A stretch of DNA of 56,146 nucleotides, counting the filler, from Bipalium vagum (lineage: Eukaryota), in assembly GCA_037834085.1 (NCBI GenBank). It is 3 parts of 3 records of this genome, joined end to end, with 100 filler letters (N's around TTAATTAATTAA, not from the genome) between each part and the next. Parts side by side here need not be neighbours in the genome. Positions count along the whole stretch, not along the records: positions 38,418 to 56,146 come from JBBMKC010053801.1; 2 more parts are not named here. One strand, written 5' to 3'. The notes under the pieces were generated by a model. That model saw only the letters and a list, made by a program, of their open reading frames with translations, did no database searches and was not told where the DNA came from. Shown in pieces: positions 51,991-56,146 of this stretch (positions are counted from its first letter, which is position 1; every line of letters begins with the position of its first letter). Both the position numbers and the translations under genes were made by a program.

Positions 51991-54900
51991 AAGAATATTG
52001 GGTAATAGTAAAAAATTTTTAAACCAAATTGTGATGAAATAAAATCTATTTAATTTTCCCTTTTGAACAAATACATTAATTGTCCCTTAGAAAGAAAACA
52101 ATGAAGTTATAATTTTTATGGAAATATTTCCTTCTCATTCCAATATCGAAAATAATTTTTTGAAGTGAAAAAAAATTCAGGAGCGTTTTATTTGAAAAAT
52201 AAATTTTGATTTAGAAATTAATTATTCATTTTAATTCATATATGAAATTAATTTTTCTAATGAGTTTTCAATCGCTAAAAAGAATCTCGATTATTTTTCT
52301 TTTTATATTATTTTTTTCTCTCTGTCAGGTTTCTAATTTGTTAAAGTTGATTTCATCTGAGAAAATCAATATTTCTAATCCGACTAAAATCAAACTATTC
52401 TGAACTAATACTTTAATAATAAAACTATTTTTGTATAATTATTTCACAATTGTAGTGACAACAGAAGAATTGTGTATGTGATTTTTGTTATAATTAAATT
52501 CAGAATTTGCGAGAAGAGCTTAATTATACTTTTAATTTTAATATAATTATCTGGCTGAATTTATTTTCTTCTCATTTAAACAAAAGGTTCATTAATCAGA
52601 TTCCAAAAATTGGAGAAACTTCATATTTTTTCTTATTTATGAGAAATATTCCTTCGAAAATATTGAAATATTGCACGATTTTCGATGATTTTATTATTAA
52701 TTTCTATTTAAACTAATCAAATTCAAATGTAATTTCAATAATAAAATAAATTCTCGATTTATTTTAAAATTATTTTATGATTTAAAAACGATATTTGCTG
52801 TTATTTCATTTATAACAGAATTAATTCAAAATTATCTGGCAAGATATATTTTAAGATTGATATCGTTTTTTCGAATATCTCATCTGGAACTTAATTTATT
52901 TAATATTTAATAAATTTAAATCTTATCAGCATTAAATAAAAAAAAATTTCTTATCAATACTTAAGAAATTATTAATAATAGTAAAAAATTAATTAAAATA
53001 ATATTAATTAAGAATAAGATTAAAATAATAAAAATAAATTAATAATGATTTTTAATTTTTAGAAAAAATTAATTGTGAAATAATGTGGTAACTTTTATTG
53101 TCAACCATTATTATTCAAAAATAATGAAATTGGAAAACGTACTGATAAATATTTCAGTACTCGAAGAACATGCATAACTTATCCTCGTATTTTATTTAAT
53201 AAAAATATAATTATTAATATATAACATATAAAATATATAAAATAACTATGAATAACATTCTAATAATACTATTAATTGTCGTAATAATATTAATTATTAT
53301 TATTAATCATAATAATAATTATTATTCTTATTTTATATTAATTTTTATTATTATTATTATTATAAATACTGATTAAAAATAATTTTTTTTATTTATTGAT
53401 TTTATTATTTTATATAATATAAAGAATTCTGAAATCTATTTTAATTAAAAAAAATATTTTAATAATATGAAAATTATTTAAAATATACATTACAATAAAT
53501 AACCATTACAAAGGTTTTTGATTAATTGGATTATTAAAAAACTTTTTAATATTAATATTTAATATTTTTAATATATTTTATATTTTTCAGAAACAAAAAA
53601 ATTATATCCAAATGATTATGCTTTCTTGGAATAATTGCCTAATAGTGATAAAAGATAGTATACCCTAACATAATATATTCATTATTTTAAGTAAGAGAAC
53701 GAACTTATTTTGCAATTTAATATTAAGGACGTTTGAGATTGTAAAACTATAACATAAAAGTGATTTTATATATAATGATTTTAACTATAACATGTTTATA
53801 ATAAAATTTTATTTATGAAAAAAATCTCTCTCGAAGAAAAATGGCAAATGTCAAAAAATCTTTTGCAAGTTGTTAAAAATGAAGCGTTGTCAACGTGACC
53901 CTCAACAAGTATTCTGTAGGTTTTGGCACTTGATTTTCTAATATCAAAATGAAACAGTATCACTTCGTGGAAATGGTGAATATTTGATATATTCCTCCAT
54001 CCAAAAAATTAGGTGAAACAATAAATTCCTGTTAATGTCAGAAAAGTGTTTAATGAATAATTTTGAATAATATTCAAAATGCATAAAGTCAATTAATTCG
54101 TTTAAACAAGGTCATACTGTCATCACACACACACACACCTAATAATAAATAGATTAGTTTTCACAATTGATTAATTTTATTAAATTAATATATTCATTAT
54201 AAATTAATATAATAATATTTTTGCAAATTAAAAATTAATTTAAATTTTCAAAGCTTAATTTTACTTATCATTTATTTGATATTAAAACTCATTGAAAAAT
54301 GTGAGTCGAAATTGTTTTTGAGGAAATACAATTACTGTTTTAATTAATTCAATGCACATAAAATTTTCCTTATAAGAAATTAATATTGCTAATTTTAATT
54401 TAAAAATCACCGCTAAATCATAGACATTTCAAGAGTTTCTAAAATTGCTATTCAAAATTATTAATGTCTGAACATCCTCTTTTATCGCAGTAAAACATTT
54501 TATTTCGAAATTTCTTTTTCAGAAATATAATCTCTAGATTTTATTGGAAAAAAATAATTTTATTTTATAAACTATAAAAGCACAAGACAATATAATATAA
54601 GAATAAACGAGACTCTAAGTGATTTAATCACTTAAAATTTCTTGAAATATTTTTGATTTATTATGGCTTAATTTTAACAATATAATTCTTCAATTAATTA
54701 AATTTTTTATATTTCCATTTTTTTCGTTTTCTTTATTAAATCAATCTGAAAAAACAAGAAACATAACATGAATACAATAGAATAATGGTAAAAAAAATCT
54801 GAATAATAAATAAAAAATAATGAGTGATTTTGTTGCCATTATCAAAATATTTCCTTTTGTCCTAGTATGAGAAAGGTTAAAGCGCTAAATAATTGATGGG

Positions 54901-55876
54901 TCTTCTAATTTATTCGAGATTTTCCTGAGATAGCCTTACTTTTATGCCAGAATAAAATATGTCTGAATTATATTATAATTTGGAAATCAATGGTCTCCTA
55001 GCAAGAGACTGAAAATGAAAGACCGATAATTTTATTTGAAAATTTGTGTTCGAAGTATAGTGTGAATCTGTGATCAAGCCTGGTTATCAAACCTTGGTCT
55101 GGCTGCTTATAAATAACCTCGACTCTACTATTGAAAAGATACCTTTTCTTTAAAATAGTTTATAAATTATGTACAATCTCAGTGTTTAGACATTATTCTG
55201 AATTGTTTGATCCTTGGTATTATTTGGCTTGTTAATTATTTAGAGAATAGATTGTTTATCAGGAATTAACCGGAATAATTGTGAGAAAATATTTTAAATA
55301 TGGGCAGTGCTAATAGATTGGCAGTGAAAAAATCTATCCAAAGACTTTTTTTTTAAAAATCAGCTGAGATTCTTAATTTTGATCGATTGAAAAAACAAAA
55401 AATTTTACTGAATCAATTTTTCAATGTTTTAAGGTCAAAATGATCCAAAACCAAGATGAGGTAATCTTGTTTTATTGAAGTACTTCATGACATAACCCGA
55501 TAAGTTACAGACGCTTTTAAATTGTTTAAATTACCTAAAAATAATTTTTTTCTATAAATTTTATAATCTTGTTATTTCTCTTGAAAAAATATTAACACTG
55601 CTGTAGTACAAAATGTACCCAATGAAAATTATTTTTAATATAATTATTGGGAAAAACAGTTGTAAGATTGTTTTAAAACATTTAAATAATTTATACAAAA
55701 AGATTTGAAAAAATTTGTGAAAAATAATATATAAAAATTAAATTTAGAAAGATAAAAATTATAAGGTTGGGTCTGTCTTTTTCTTTTGAAATCAAGGTTA
55801 GGATATCTTTGAGCAATTCAATAATTTTTCAAATCATTTGGCCCCCTCAATCAGCCATTGACGTGAACAGTTAATA

Positions 55877-56146
55877 TTGGGTAGTTGCATTAATTCTCGC
55901 TGTTTTTTAAAGAAAATAAAAAGTTAAATAAAAACTCAATATACATTTATTTTTACATGAGATGTCAAGCAAAATACTGTCCATTATTCTTTAGAACATT
56001 TTCCCATTTTCAGGCAACATATGTATTCCACGATAAAAAAATTCTTCTTTTTTGAAATTTTTTCACTAGTCAAACCACTGCTTAACATCTTCATCATTAA
56101 GGAAGCGCTGTTCAGAAAGTCCTTGCTGCATTGAGCGGAAAAGGTG
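55877..56146 (-). mobile_element. 3' end of a mariner element (continues beyond the window)
   Basis: TA + TTGGGTAGTTGCATTAATTCTCGCTGTTTTT terminus. C-terminal transposase HLFRSMQQGLSEQRFLNDEDVKQWFD...GIHMLPE...NNGQYFA*. Confidence 0.85.

Noticed and set aside
1-56146. CRISPR arrays, operons, rRNA or other prokaryotic systems
   Set aside because: The sequence is eukaryotic with spliceosomal introns; no regularly spaced repeat-spacer array or rRNA-like region was seen.

Overview
This is very AT-rich animal genomic DNA, not prokaryotic. The short (44-47 nt) GT-AG introns, the gene content and the dense Tc1/mariner debris suggest a triclad flatworm (planarian); that assignment is inference. The window is a draft scaffold with two ordinary N gaps and two artificial 100-bp joins (N44-TTAATTAATTAA-N44). 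Three host genes are supported: (i) the 5' part of a Dachsous-like cadherin on the minus strand (4 exons reconstructed, 16588->7047, incomplete); (ii) an uncharacterised secreted PAN/apple-domain gene (37399->38317, runs into a join) with a decayed tandem copy just upstream; (iii) the large last exon (TM3-TM7) of a 5-HT1-like serotonin GPCR (42630-44143), whose TM1-2 exon I could not find. The rest is a transposon graveyard. It holds about 15 Tc1/mariner copies or remnants (several nested in one another), a hAT element with TIRs and an 8-bp TSD, two TA-flanked MITEs, a NeSL/R2-type non-LTR RT fragment, a Gypsy gag-protease fragment and a probable 772-bp solo LTR with a highly structured core. 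The best non-obvious signals are a minimal type-I hammerhead ribozyme (45120-45163, minus), the spliced PAN-domain gene and its pseudogene twin, loss of Ca2+-binding linkers in the cadherin, the structured solo LTR, and a pre-miRNA-sized hairpin at 36634-36691.
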